Positions 18,928-28,942 of a stretch of DNA of 64,000 nucleotides are shown piece after piece. Numbering within the stretch: the stretch's first letter is position 1; the number at the start of each line of letters is the position of its first letter. Position numbers and translations under genes: made by a program. Location of the stretch: positions 1,760,001-1,824,000 of the forward strand of contig OZ243956.1 in assembly GCA_965214405.1 (NCBI GenBank), read 5' to 3'. The DNA is from Trueperaceae bacterium (GTDB lineage: Bacteria > Deinococcota > Deinococci > Deinococcales > Trueperaceae). The notes under the pieces were generated by a model. The model made no database searches. It saw only the letters and a list, made by a program, of their open reading frames with translations, and had not been told where the DNA came from.

Positions 18928-20376
18928 TCACGGTAGATCTAAATCCTCACAGCCTACGCGCTCCTGAAGACAGCGGAACAGCGCGGCCTTTTCGGCGGCC
19001 CGCGCCGCCGCGTCCGGCTGCGTTAGTGTCGGGCGAACTGCGGGCGCAGGAGTGGGTGCGGGAGGACGTGCGGTTATGCGTGAGGCTCGAGCCGCGGCCT
19101 CAACCCGACCGATGCGTTCGGCTACCGCGGTGTTGTTGTAGGCGAGGGCTAAGTCTCGAGCCGTCTTCCCCTCCCCGTTGCGTGCCCCCGGTTTAGCCCC
19201 CGCGGTAAGAAGCGCCGCGGCAACGTTTGCGTCCGCGTCTCTGGCGGCGTACATCAGCGGCGTCCAACCCGCGCGGGAGCGGGCGTTCGCGTCTGCGCCC
19301 GCCGCAAGGAGCGCGCTCACGGCTTCCTTACGGTTTTTGTGGACGGCGTACATAAGCGGCGTTTGGCCGTAGGCGTCGCGGCCATCCACCACCGCGCCCG
19401 CTTCTAAGAGCGTGCGGAGGGTGTCGGCGGGTGCGGCCTCCGCGGCCCGGAAGAGTTTTTCGTTGAGCCAGTAGACGAAAGCCTGGTTACCGCTCGAGAG
19501 TGCCAAGTCCAGAGGCGTTTTCCCTTCATCATTTCTAAGGCTCGGGTCGCCGCCCGCCTCGAAAAGCGCTTCCGCAATTCTCGCGTCGGGGTTGTCCCGC
19601 GCGGCGTACATGAGCGCCGTCCAGCCTGCGCCGCTCCGCGCGTCTGCAAAAGCGCCCGCGTCCAAAAAGGCTTGCACCGCGTCCACGTTTCCGGCCCTGG
19701 CCGCGTACATCAGCGGCGTCTGGCCGTAGGCGTCGGTCGGGTCGGGGTCGGTATCCGCCAGCGCCTCCCGAAGCGCGGGTGCCGCGCCGGTAGCGAGTGC
19801 GAACAGAGAGGGAGTTTCCCTCACCGCCCCATCCGCCTCAGCTCCTGCGCCAGCTTCCACCGAGTTCCCCACTGTTCGTAACCTCTCGAGCGCCCCCGCG
19901 CCCCCTCCGCTCGCCTCCTCTGCCACGCCGACCGTATCGGGTGGCGGGGAGACGAGCGTTTCTACGGGCGTTTCTGTGAGAACCTGCGGGTTTTCCTGTA
20001 CAGGAGGCGCAGAAGTGGCGTTGTCCGCGCCTTTGAAGAGGCTCGAGAGGTCAACCTGCGCGACGAGCGGCCCCACCGCGCTTAAAAGGAGGATGGCGAG
20101 GAGCGCGAGGCCCAGCTTTGGGTAGAGGCTGAAACCAGCAGAGACAGAGGATTTCTTACGGCCTAACTCAGCCTCGAGCCCCGCGCGCCGGAGCACTTTC
20201 AGCACTCGCCCCGCCTGCTTTTCAGGCATGACCAGCGAAAGAGGTCGCCGCTCCTGTGAAAGGAGCCGCGCGACGTCCTCAGGCTTCGAGCCGAGTACGT
20301 CGGAAAGTTCAAAAGCCAGCGCCTGCGCCTCACTTTTATAGACGGGCGTGTGGAGCGTGACCACGGCTTCACTCAC
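18928..20376 (-). CDS. Membrane-anchored ankyrin-repeat protein
   Basis: Repeated DAYGQTPLMYA, GWTALMYAARD and EGKTPLDLA units; one TM segment near residue 90. Confidence 0.88.
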   Translation of the reverse strand: MSEAVVTLHTPVYKSEAQALAFELSDVLGSKPEDVARLLSQERRPLSLVMPEKQAGRVLKVLRRAGLEAELGRKKSSVSAGFSLYPKLGLALLAILLLSAVGPLVAQVDLSSLFKGADNATSAPPVQENPQVLTETPVETLVSPPPDTVGVAEEASGGGAGALERLRTVGNSVEAGAGAEADGAVRETPSLFALATGAAPALREALADTDPDPTDAYGQTPLMYAARAGNVDAVQAFLDAGAFADARSGAGWTALMYAARDNPDARIAEALFEAGGDPSLRNDEGKTPLDLALSSGNQAFVYWLNEKLFRAAEAAPADTLRTLLEAGAVVDGRDAYGQTPLMYAVHKNRKEAVSALLAAGADANARSRAGWTPLMYAARDADANVAAALLTAGAKPGARNGEGKTARDLALAYNNTAVAERIGRVEAAARASRITARPPAPTPAPAVRPTLTQPDAAARAAEKAALFRCLQERVGCEDLDLP

Positions 20377-20599
20377 GCGACGCGCGTCTCTCTACATGAC
20401 GGTGCTTGTGTTGGGGCTGCGACATATTTCTCAGTATAGAAGACGCGCCCCCAGTGAGCTATGTTGCATTTCTCCCGCCTTCTTCACAGAAACTACACAA
20501 AAGCTTGCATAGTGGAGATGGGTGGGGATATGGAAGGCTTCTCCGCGGTGCGCCCTGTACAAGCCGTATGAACGGGCTCCATACGCTACACTCGTCTTC

Positions 20600-22384
20600 A
20601 TGCGCGCTTCCAAACTCTTTTTTCACACCCTGCGAGACGCCCCGACCGAAGCGGACTTTGACTCCCATAAGCTCCTCCTACGCGGCGGTTTTATCAATGG
20701 ACTCGCCGCCGGGATTTTTGACTACCTGCCGCTCGGTTTGCGGGTGAAGCGGAGGCTCGAGGCCGTCATGCGCGAAGAAATGGAGGCCGTCGGCTTTCAG
20801 GAGGTGCTCTTGCCCGTCGTGCAACCCGCCGAACTCTGGCAGCGGACGGGCCGTTGGGAGGCGATTGGCGACGACATGGCGCGCTTTCGTGACAGAAGCG
20901 AGCGCGAGCTTTGTCTAGCGATGACGCACGAGGAGGCGATGACCGACCTCGTGGGGAGCGTGGTCACCTCGTACCGGAGCCTGCCCGTCAAGCTTTACCA
21001 GCTCCAGACGAAGTTCCGCGACGAGCCCAGGGCCAGAGGCGGCCTCATCCGGGTGCGCGAATTTACCATGAAAGACGGCTACTCATTTCACGCGGATGAA
21101 GCCGGTTTAGACGCGTTTTACGAGGAGGTTTACGCGGCGTACGAGGCGATTTTTAGGCGCTGCGGCCTCCCCGTGGTCGCGGTCGAGAGCGACAACGGGA
21201 TGATGGGCGGCTCCGGCTCGCACGAGTTTATGGCGCTCACCCCGGTCGGCGAGGACACGCTTCTCTTGTGCGAAAGGGGCGACTACCGCGCGAACCGGCA
21301 GGTGGCGACGTTCCAAAAATCCGTGCCGGAGGCGGAGACGCCCGGCACGTTGGAAAAGATCCATACGCCGGGAACCACCACCATCAAGAGCTTGGCGGCT
21401 TTTCTCGGCGTCCCCGAAAGCCGCACCGCCAAGGCCGTCTTTTTTATCGCGGATAGACCGGACGCAGAGAACGAGCCGGACGAGAAAGCGACACCGCCTT
21501 TTGTTTTCGCGGTTATACGCGGTGATATGGAACTCAACGAGACGAAGCTCGCCAACGCCGTCGGCGCGCGGGGTTTGCGTCCGGCGACCCCTGAGGAGAT
21601 TCGCGCGGTGGGCGCGGAGCCCGGCTACGGCTCACCCTTGGGTGTGGACCGTAAGCGGATGGTCGTGGTGGTGGACGACCTCATCCCCCAAAGCCCCAAC
21701 CTCGTCGCCGGAGCCAACGAGGCGGAGTACCATTACCAAAACGTCGTCTACGGGCGCGACTTCAGCGCGGATGTCGTGACCGACCTTGTGGCGGCCAGGG
21801 CGGGCGACCCCTGTCCGGTATGCGGCGCGCGTCTGCGGGCAGAACGGGGCGTCGAGGTCGGCAACATCTTCAAGCTCGGCACGCGTTACAGCGAACGGAT
21901 GGGGGTGACCTTTTTGAGCTCGAGCGGCGACGCTCAGCCGATGGTGATGGGCTCCTACGGCATCGGCCCCGGTCGGCTCATGGCGAGCCTCGTCGAGGCG
22001 CATCACGACGAGGCGGGTATCATCTGGCCCGTGAGTGTCACGCCCTTTACCGTTATTCTGGTGAGCCTCGCCAACGACCGCGCGCCGGAAGTCTCGAGCG
22101 CCGCAGAGGCGCTTTACAAGACGCTGCGTGAAACGGGTATCGACGTCTTGTTTGACGACCGCGACGAGCGGCCCGGTGTCAAATTCAATGACGCGGACCT
22201 CCTGGGCATTCCCTTTAGGCTCACGCTGGGCGCGAAAAGCCTCGCTCGAGGCGTGGTCGAACTCAAAATGCGGCGCACCGGCGAGACGCAGGAGTTGCCC
22301 CTGGACGGCCTCGTCCCCAGCCTTCAAGAAATTTTAGCGGAGGCCTGGGAAGCCCTCGAGGCTCCCGCCCCAGCTCGAGCCTGA
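20600..22384 (+). CDS. proS: Proline--tRNA ligase (bacterial type with editing insertion)
   Basis: MRASKLF..TLRDAP, KFRDEPRARGGLIRVREFTMKDGYSFH, EVGNIFKLG, DDRDERPGVKF; TACACT 7 nt before ATG 20600. Confidence 0.97.
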   Translation: MRASKLFFHTLRDAPTEADFDSHKLLLRGGFINGLAAGIFDYLPLGLRVKRRLEAVMREEMEAVGFQEVLLPVVQPAELWQRTGRWEAIGDDMARFRDRSERELCLAMTHEEAMTDLVGSVVTSYRSLPVKLYQLQTKFRDEPRARGGLIRVREFTMKDGYSFHADEAGLDAFYEEVYAAYEAIFRRCGLPVVAVESDNGMMGGSGSHEFMALTPVGEDTLLLCERGDYRANRQVATFQKSVPEAETPGTLEKIHTPGTTTIKSLAAFLGVPESRTAKAVFFIADRPDAENEPDEKATPPFVFAVIRGDMELNETKLANAVGARGLRPATPEEIRAVGAEPGYGSPLGVDRKRMVVVVDDLIPQSPNLVAGANEAEYHYQNVVYGRDFSADVVTDLVAARAGDPCPVCGARLRAERGVEVGNIFKLGTRYSERMGVTFLSSSGDAQPMVMGSYGIGPGRLMASLVEAHHDEAGIIWPVSVTPFTVILVSLANDRAPEVSSAAEALYKTLRETGIDVLFDDRDERPGVKFNDADLLGIPFRLTLGAKSLARGVVELKMRRTGETQELPLDGLVPSLQEILAEAWEALEAPAPARA

Positions 22385-22480
22385 CCCGCACCCTTCTACT
22401 CAGCCGACTCCTTCACTCCGCCGCACCGGGCGTAGCCGACACCCTCTTTTTCGGCTCCCGCAGGCTCTAAACTGGAGGGT

Positions 22481-22999
22481 GTGGAACATCTCAAGGAATA
22501 TCAAGACTACTTACTCGCCTACCGGCTGCGCGCGCTCATAGGGGGAAGGCTGCGGCCCGTCGGGGGTTACTTATCGCTCGCGGACTACGCCAGAAAGCGC
22601 GTGGAGCGCCAGGAAATCGCCCGGACGCTGCTGAGCGAAACCGATTACCGCGAGGGCTTGCGGCGGGTTGAAAAGCTCACCAGCGAACTCAACTTTGGGT
22701 TCTGGCACAACCCGAGCGAGAGTATCGAGGTTTTGAAAGCGGTGATTGAAGGCGGCGGAAACCGGGCGCTCGAGTCCGCCGACGCGTTCGTCGAAGAACT
22801 CCTCACGCGTCAAGAACGCCTTTCTCTGAGCGCGGACGACGCGCGGCTAGTCGCGCTCTATTATCTGGGGCTCCTGCGCGCCTCGGCGGCGTACCTAGAC
22901 GCCGAAGTCTTTACCCGCCTCCGCAGCGAGGTCGAACCGCTCCGCGACCGCCTGCCCGTGTTCGTGCTGCCGACCGATCAGGACGTGGCGTCTGCGTAA
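22481..22999 (+). CDS. Hypothetical protein
   Basis: Good coding bias; TAAACT 7 nt before the GTG. Confidence 0.75.
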   Translation: MEHLKEYQDYLLAYRLRALIGGRLRPVGGYLSLADYARKRVERQEIARTLLSETDYREGLRRVEKLTSELNFGFWHNPSESIEVLKAVIEGGGNRALESADAFVEELLTRQERLSLSADDARLVALYYLGLLRASAAYLDAEVFTRLRSEVEPLRDRLPVFVLPTDQDVASA

Positions 23000-23140
23000 G
23001 CCTGCGTCACCAGTTTGTGTTGGTTTACGATGGTGAACTGAAGAGCGGGAAAATTCACGGTGAAGTCAGACCCCCCTTTCCTAAAGCAGTGAACCATGAG
23101 AGTGACTGAGCTCGAGCCGTGCGGAAAAGGAGATCTCCGG

Positions 23141-23590
23141 TTGAACGGGACAACTAAGACTTTTATTTTCGCATCGTGCTTCTTTCTCACCTCAGTTTTT
23201 GCCGCAGGCCAAGCAAAAGCAGACGCTGATATCACCGTCCAAGCAGCGGAGGGTAGCAGCGTCTTCCTCGACGGGTCGCTCGTCGGCCACACGGCGGCGG
23301 GTGAACTTGTTCTTTCAGAGGTCGCCGCGGGCGAGCACACCCTCTTGGTGACGCATCCCGATTCGCTTCCGCAGTCTCAAACGTTTATGCTAGCCGGTAG
23401 CCCGCTCACCGTTCAGTTTGGCGAGTCAGCCGCTCTGCCCCCACAGACTGTAAAATACGACCGCCGCGCCGGGCGTGATGTCGAGTCCGACTGGGAACCG
23501 AGTATGGGTTGGGCTTTGCTGGGCGTACTCGCCCTTTTTGTCGCTACCATTGTGATAAGTTCGGTCCTCTTCAAATCTGCGGAGCGGTAG
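23141..23590 (+). CDS. PEGA-like domain protein with signal peptide and C-terminal TM
   Basis: GSSVFLDGSLVGHT..L..V.AGEHTLLV pattern; AAGGAG before TTG 23141. Confidence 0.65.
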   Translation: MNGTTKTFIFASCFFLTSVFAAGQAKADADITVQAAEGSSVFLDGSLVGHTAAGELVLSEVAAGEHTLLVTHPDSLPQSQTFMLAGSPLTVQFGESAALPPQTVKYDRRAGRDVESDWEPSMGWALLGVLALFVATIVISSVLFKSAER

Positions 23591-23681
23591 TGTCGCGGCT
23601 ACAGTTATAAGCTCAAGCAGATTAAGCTGTAGGGATGGGCACACGGAACGAGCAAGCTAGCAAGAACTGGACGTTTTGGTT

Positions 23682-24725
23682 ATGGACAAGGTAAATTTAC
23701 TCGAGCTCTCCCCCCACGCCTTCCCCTTCCCCGAGGGCGAGCGCTACCGCCAAAAGCAGCTCGCCAACTGGATTTTTGACCGGGGCGCGGGCGACTTTGG
23801 GGCGATGACGACCCTACCGGGGCGCTGGCGAGCGCGTTTGGAAGAAACCCACACGCTCCACCCCTTTGTCAAAACCGAACGCTTTCCCTCTAAAGACGGC
23901 TCGGTGCGTTACCTTTTCACGCTCTCTGACAATCGCGCGACCGAGGCCGTGTACATGCCCTACGCGGGGCGCAAAACGGTCTGCATCTCCTCGATGGTGG
24001 GCTGCCCCGCCGGGTGCGCCTTTTGCGCCACGGGCGCGCTCGGCTTTGGGCGCAACTTAACGCGCGGGGAGATTCTGGGGCAGATTTTGGGGGTGGCGCA
24101 GGGTGAGGGGCTGGCTCCCAAAGAGGTTCGCAACGTGGTCCTCATGGGCATGGGCGAGGCGCTCCTCAACTACGACAACGCGCTGAGCGCGATTCGCACA
24201 GCGGTTGACCCGCAGGGCTTGGACATGTCGCCGCGGCGCATCACGCTCTCGACGGTGGGGCTGCCCAACAAAATCCGCAAACTTGCGGGCGAGGGGCTGC
24301 CGCTGGTTCTGGCAGTCAGCCTCCACGCGCCCGACGAGGAGACGCGCAGGCGCATCATCCCGACCGCGCACGCGCACTCGATAGACGACATTATCGCCGC
24401 GCTGCACGCGTGGCAGGAGGCGGTGGGGCGGCGCGTCACGGTGGAATACACCATGCTGGACGGCGTGAATGACGCGCTCTGGCAGGCGGAGGCGTTGGCG
24501 GCGCGGCTCGAGGGCTTGACGGCGCACGTGAATCTCATCCCTTTTAACCCTTGGGGAAGTTCGGGGTTTTCCTCGAGCCCCCACGCCACCATCCTGCGCT
24601 TCGAAAAGACGCTCCTGAGAGCGGGTCTTTCCGTCTCGGTGCGCTTCTCGCGGGGCCGCGACGCGGGCGCGGCGTGTGGTCAGCTTGCGTTGCAGGGTAG
24701 AGAAGTACCCTCTCCCGCTCCGTAA
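23682..24725 (+). CDS. rlmN: Dual-specificity 23S rRNA/tRNA methyltransferase RlmN
   Basis: [28 protein letters not shown] and AACGQL. Confidence 0.95.
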   Translation: MDKVNLLELSPHAFPFPEGERYRQKQLANWIFDRGAGDFGAMTTLPGRWRARLEETHTLHPFVKTERFPSKDGSVRYLFTLSDNRATEAVYMPYAGRKTVCISSMVGCPAGCAFCATGALGFGRNLTRGEILGQILGVAQGEGLAPKEVRNVVLMGMGEALLNYDNALSAIRTAVDPQGLDMSPRRITLSTVGLPNKIRKLAGEGLPLVLAVSLHAPDEETRRRIIPTAHAHSIDDIIAALHAWQEAVGRRVTVEYTMLDGVNDALWQAEALAARLEGLTAHVNLIPFNPWGSSGFSSSPHATILRFEKTLLRAGLSVSVRFSRGRDAGAACGQLALQGREVPSPAP

Positions 24726-24888
24726 AGCGTGAAAAAAAGAACACAGGCGCTTCTGTAACGCGTCCCGTGGAGGATTTCACAGGGCCTAAAATGCGCGCCA
24801 ACTAAACTCATAAGCAGTAGCCCCAAAGGGGATAGGAACGTACCCGTACGTTTCAGGAGAGTTTAGCCAGCGCCGCATGGAGGCACGC

Positions 24889-24942
24889 ATGAGCACCGTA
24901 GTCATTACAGTGGTAGTCATTACAGCGAGAGTCCGCCAATGA
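24889..24942 (+). other. Candidate 17-aa upstream ORF MSTVVITVVVITARVRQ
   Basis: GGAGG 5 nt before ATG 24889; its TGA overlaps the next gene's ATG (ATGA at 24939-24942). Confidence 0.4.
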
Positions 24943-26534
24943 AAGTCCGTAGGGGTCGCCGTTTGGTCTTCGCCCTCCTTGTTACTGGCCTGCCATTAGC
25001 CACAGCCCAAACGGGCGGGATGTCCGGGGGAGCTTCGGGGACGCCGCTGAGCGTGCCCTCGAGCCCCATCACCAGTGCCACCACCAATCCTATAGCCACG
25101 CTCCGCAACAACACCCAGAGTGCGCCGGGCGACGCGAACGCCTGGGTGGATTTGGGGGAAGGGTATCTAGAAGCGGGCCGCCTGGACGACGCCAAAGAGA
25201 GCTTTTTAGAGGCGATTGCGGTTGATTACCTCTCGGGCAACGCGCACTTCGGGTTGGGCCTCACCGAATTCAAACGCGGCGACTTGCCCGCGGCACTGTT
25301 CGAATTTAGCGAGGTGACGCGCCTCTACCCTGAACGCTTCGACGGTCACTTCAACCGCGGAGTCACGCTCGTGCGGTTACGCCGCGCCGACGAGGCGGTA
25401 GACGCGTTTGCGGAGGCTGTCGCGCAGGGCGAAGAGGTCTCGGGCGACGACCTGGTGAACGCTTATTTGGGGCTCGCGGGGCAGCTCGAGGTGTTAGGGC
25501 GCTTTGACGAAGCCGCCGAAGCCTACGCCGCCGCCCTAACGATTCGCCCCAACGACGCCGACCTCATTTACGGACGGGCCAACGCACTCTACCGTGGGGG
25601 GCGCGGCCTAGAAGCGCTCCCCGAACTCACCGAACTCGAGGACGGCGGCGGCGACTACCGCGTGAGCGCGCTCGTGGCCGACATCTACGTCGAGGCGGGG
25701 CAAGTGGATTACGCGCTGCGCTCACTTGAGCGCGCCTTGCGCAAGGCCGCGGAAGAAACCGAAGGCTCGGCGGCGGCGCAAGCGGATATCCTCGTCAAGC
25801 TCGGCTTGCTGCAACGCGATTTAGGCCGAGACGAGGCGGCGGTGGCGACCTTTGAGCGCGCCGCGAGTACCGACCCGACCGCCTGGGAAGCGTTTTACAA
25901 CTTGGGCGTTTCTCAGCTCGAGGCGGGCCGGACGCAAAATGCGCTTGACACCCTACAGAGCGCGCTCGCCCTCAACCCCGAGAGCGGCGAACTGCACCTG
26001 GCCATCGGCACTGTGTACGACCTTTTGGGCGAGTCCCAAAACGCGCTCGCGGAGGGTCAGGCTGCCCAGCAGCGCCTCAGCGACCCGCAAGCCCTAGCCG
26101 AAGCCGCCTTTTTAACGGGCCGCTCGCTCTACCGCCTCGGCGATTACGCGGGGGCGCTTACGAACCTCGAGGCCGCGCTCGCCGTGACGCCCGACTCCGC
26201 CGCCGCGCAACTCTGGGCGGGTCTCGCCGCGTACGGTTTAGAAGACTACGAGAGCGCCGCGGGCTATTACGAACGCGCCGTGCAGCTCGAGCCAAACAAC
26301 ATCGAAGCGCAGGTCAACTTAGGAGCCGCCTACCTCGTCACCGAACGCTACACCGACGCCGCGCTCGTATACGACCTGCTCATCCAACAAAATCCGGAAG
26401 ACGCGGAGGCGCAGTACAACCTCGGCTGGGCGCTCTTCTCGCAGGGCAAGCGCGAGGAGGCGAAGACAGCCTGGCGCGAGTCCCTCACGCTCGGCTACGC
26501 CCCCGCGGGCACGGCGCTCAGCGAATACTTCTGA
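24939..26534 (+). CDS. Secreted tetratricopeptide-repeat protein
   Basis: Signal-like N-terminus and many canonical TPRs (AWVDLGEGYL, AFYNLGVSQL, AQYNLGWALF). Confidence 0.9.
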   Translation: MKVRRGRRLVFALLVTGLPLATAQTGGMSGGASGTPLSVPSSPITSATTNPIATLRNNTQSAPGDANAWVDLGEGYLEAGRLDDAKESFLEAIAVDYLSGNAHFGLGLTEFKRGDLPAALFEFSEVTRLYPERFDGHFNRGVTLVRLRRADEAVDAFAEAVAQGEEVSGDDLVNAYLGLAGQLEVLGRFDEAAEAYAAALTIRPNDADLIYGRANALYRGGRGLEALPELTELEDGGGDYRVSALVADIYVEAGQVDYALRSLERALRKAAEETEGSAAAQADILVKLGLLQRDLGRDEAAVATFERAASTDPTAWEAFYNLGVSQLEAGRTQNALDTLQSALALNPESGELHLAIGTVYDLLGESQNALAEGQAAQQRLSDPQALAEAAFLTGRSLYRLGDYAGALTNLEAALAVTPDSAAAQLWAGLAAYGLEDYESAAGYYERAVQLEPNNIEAQVNLGAAYLVTERYTDAALVYDLLIQQNPEDAEAQYNLGWALFSQGKREEAKTAWRESLTLGYAPAGTALSEYF

Positions 26535-26695
26535 GTCTATACACGCTCTTGACGCACGGCTCTTGAGGTGACAAGGGAGTGGAGGGGAAGAGCTTTTATT
26601 CACTCTCCACTCGGTACTCGGCACTTCTCTACCCCCTCTCCGCCAGCCCCACCGCCTCCTACATCGTTCCCCCACAAGCGTCCCCTGGAGACCCC

Positions 26696-27604
26696 ATGCG
26701 TTTAGCTCGCCCCTCTTCTACTCGTAAACGCGACCCGGCGATGATAAGTCTGGGGACATTCAGAATGCTGCTCGAGGGCCTCAAAAAACAACCCAAAATC
26801 AATGTATTTCTGGCTTCTTTTTCGCTCGTCGCGCTTATCGGGCTGTTTGACTACTTCATAAGCCCGGAGTTTTCTTTTTCGCTCTTTTACCTCTTGCCGG
26901 TGTTTCTGGTGGTCTGGTTTTTGGGCCGGGGCGCGGCGGAGCTTTTTGTCCTCGTGACGGCGGGCTTCTGGACCTTTTCCGAGTTTCTGTCCAACCCCGC
27001 GTTGCAGCATCCAGTGGCACCCTTTTGGAACCTATTTATGCGCATCGGGGTGCTCTACGCGTTCACCTTTCTCTTGCGCAGGCTCAGGCAAGAACGCGAC
27101 AGAGAAGCGCAACTCTCGCGGACGGACCCCCTCACGGGCGCGGCCAACTCGAGGGCTTTTCAGGAAATTGCGCAGCGCGAGTTGGAGCGCTCACAGCGTT
27201 ACGGGCGCGCCACGACGGTTTCTTATATCGATTTAGACAACTTCAAGCTCGTCAACGACCGTTACGGCCACCAGGTCGGCGACGAACTCCTGCAGGTCGT
27301 CGTCAGCACGCTCATGCGCAACGTGCGCGCGACCGACACCGTGACGCGCATCGGCGGCGACGAGTTCATCGTGCTCATGCCCGAGACGGACCACACGAGA
27401 GCCCAGCCCGCCGTCCAAAAGCTGCGCGCGCTTCTTTTGGGCGCGATGCGAGAGCGGGGCTGGCCGGTCACCTTTAGCATCGGCGTGATGACGTTTTGCA
27501 CGCCGCCCGCTTCGGTCGAGGTGATGGTACAAAAAGTAGACGGGCTCATGTACGCGGTTAAAAACGGCAGCAAAGACGCCATCAAGTTTGAATTTGAGAA
27601 TTGA
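26696..27604 (+). CDS. Membrane-bound diguanylate cyclase (GGDEF)
   Basis: N-terminal TM segments; TDPLTG, DLDNFKLVNDRYGH, RxxD I-site (RATD) and intact GGDEF. Start may be 26696 or 26741. Confidence 0.92.
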   Translation: MRLARPSSTRKRDPAMISLGTFRMLLEGLKKQPKINVFLASFSLVALIGLFDYFISPEFSFSLFYLLPVFLVVWFLGRGAAELFVLVTAGFWTFSEFLSNPALQHPVAPFWNLFMRIGVLYAFTFLLRRLRQERDREAQLSRTDPLTGAANSRAFQEIAQRELERSQRYGRATTVSYIDLDNFKLVNDRYGHQVGDELLQVVVSTLMRNVRATDTVTRIGGDEFIVLMPETDHTRAQPAVQKLRALLLGAMRERGWPVTFSIGVMTFCTPPASVEVMVQKVDGLMYAVKNGSKDAIKFEFEN

Positions 27605-27674
27605 CGATAACGCCTAAAACCAGGATGATGTAAACTTCACTTTTGCTATAAGGCCGCGCCTGACATACTGAGTC

Positions 27675-28826
27675 ATGCGCCGGACGTTTCTCCTCCTGAC
27701 CCTTCTACTTGTTTGTACGTCCTTCCCGACTCTTGCGGCGGCCCAGAGCGTCCGTGTCGGCGTTGTGTTGTCCTCGAGCGGGAGCGCCGCGCGACTCGGC
27801 CGGGCGCAGCGGGACGCGCTCGAGACGTTTCAAAGGCAGTGGCGCAACGCGGGCGGCGTCTACAGCGACGCCGAAGTCGTATTTGTCGACGATATGAGCC
27901 TCACAACCAGGACCGCCACCGAGGTGAGGCGTCTCGCACAAGAAGGGGTTCACGCCGTTATCTGCTGCACGACGGACGAGGCCGCGCGCGCCGTGGCCGG
28001 AGTTGCCGCGGATTTGGGGCTGCCCGTCCTCTCGCTCAGCACCCCAAGCGAAATCGCTCGAGACGCCCCCTACTGGATGTTTAGCGTGGGTCCGAGCGAT
28101 AAGATTTTGCTGCAACGCATGGTGTTGGATATCGCGGCGGGCGGAGGCGGTGTGGCACTTATGGCACCGCGAAACACTTCTGGCGACGCGGCCAAGGATG
28201 CGCTCACCATGCTCCTCGCGCCGGGAAGCGTAGAACTTGTTGAAGCGCGCTTTCTTATCGGCACCTCTGTACTGACCCCCGAGGCGCTGTGGGTGGCGGC
28301 GCAAGAACCCGGCGGGGTCATCGTCTGGGGCGACGCGCGTGAGAGCGCGGTGGCGGTGCGGGGACTGCGGCAACGCGGCTACGACGGCGCTGTTTATTTG
28401 GACCCCACGCTGCTAGGCCCCCTCGAGCCCCCCTTCAACCTCGCGCCCCTTGACGGCGCGCGCGTCGTCGTCTCCCCCGCCGAACTGCCCCGAAGCCTTG
28501 GTGAGACCGACGCGACGCTTGAAGAAACGCGCGCCTTTCTCGCCACCACCGGGCGCTTCCGTTTTGGCGCGTCTCTTCCCTACGCCGTTCGCGCCTCCGA
28601 CGCGATGCTCCTCTTGGGGGAGGCGCTCGAGCAGACCACGCTCTACGGCGTCGTGCCAGGCGATCTCGGCTTCCGCCAGGCGCTGCGCGACGCGCTGGTG
28701 GGGCTTGGCCCAACCGCGGGTGCGGGCGCGGTCTACGACTTTTCCGAAACCGAACACGCGGGAGTTTTGGCGGCGTCTTTGAAGGTGGCGAGGCTCGAGG
28801 GTGGCAAGCCCGCGCCGGTGCAGTAG
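27675..28826 (+). CDS. LivK-like periplasmic substrate-binding protein (orphan)
   Basis: Signal peptide; VRVGVVLSSSGSAARLG N-terminal motif; no adjacent permease. Confidence 0.75.
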   Translation: MRRTFLLLTLLLVCTSFPTLAAAQSVRVGVVLSSSGSAARLGRAQRDALETFQRQWRNAGGVYSDAEVVFVDDMSLTTRTATEVRRLAQEGVHAVICCTTDEAARAVAGVAADLGLPVLSLSTPSEIARDAPYWMFSVGPSDKILLQRMVLDIAAGGGGVALMAPRNTSGDAAKDALTMLLAPGSVELVEARFLIGTSVLTPEALWVAAQEPGGVIVWGDARESAVAVRGLRQRGYDGAVYLDPTLLGPLEPPFNLAPLDGARVVVSPAELPRSLGETDATLEETRAFLATTGRFRFGASLPYAVRASDAMLLLGEALEQTTLYGVVPGDLGFRQALRDALVGLGPTAGAGAVYDFSETEHAGVLAASLKVARLEGGKPAPVQ

Positions 28827-28942
28827 GGGAAAACTTGATAGGGGGATAGGGAGGAAATAGTGAGTAAGACGCTACCCCCCAGCCTCTCTACTCCCCTACC
28901 TCAACACCACCCGAGAACGCCTTTAACGGTACACTGTAACCA

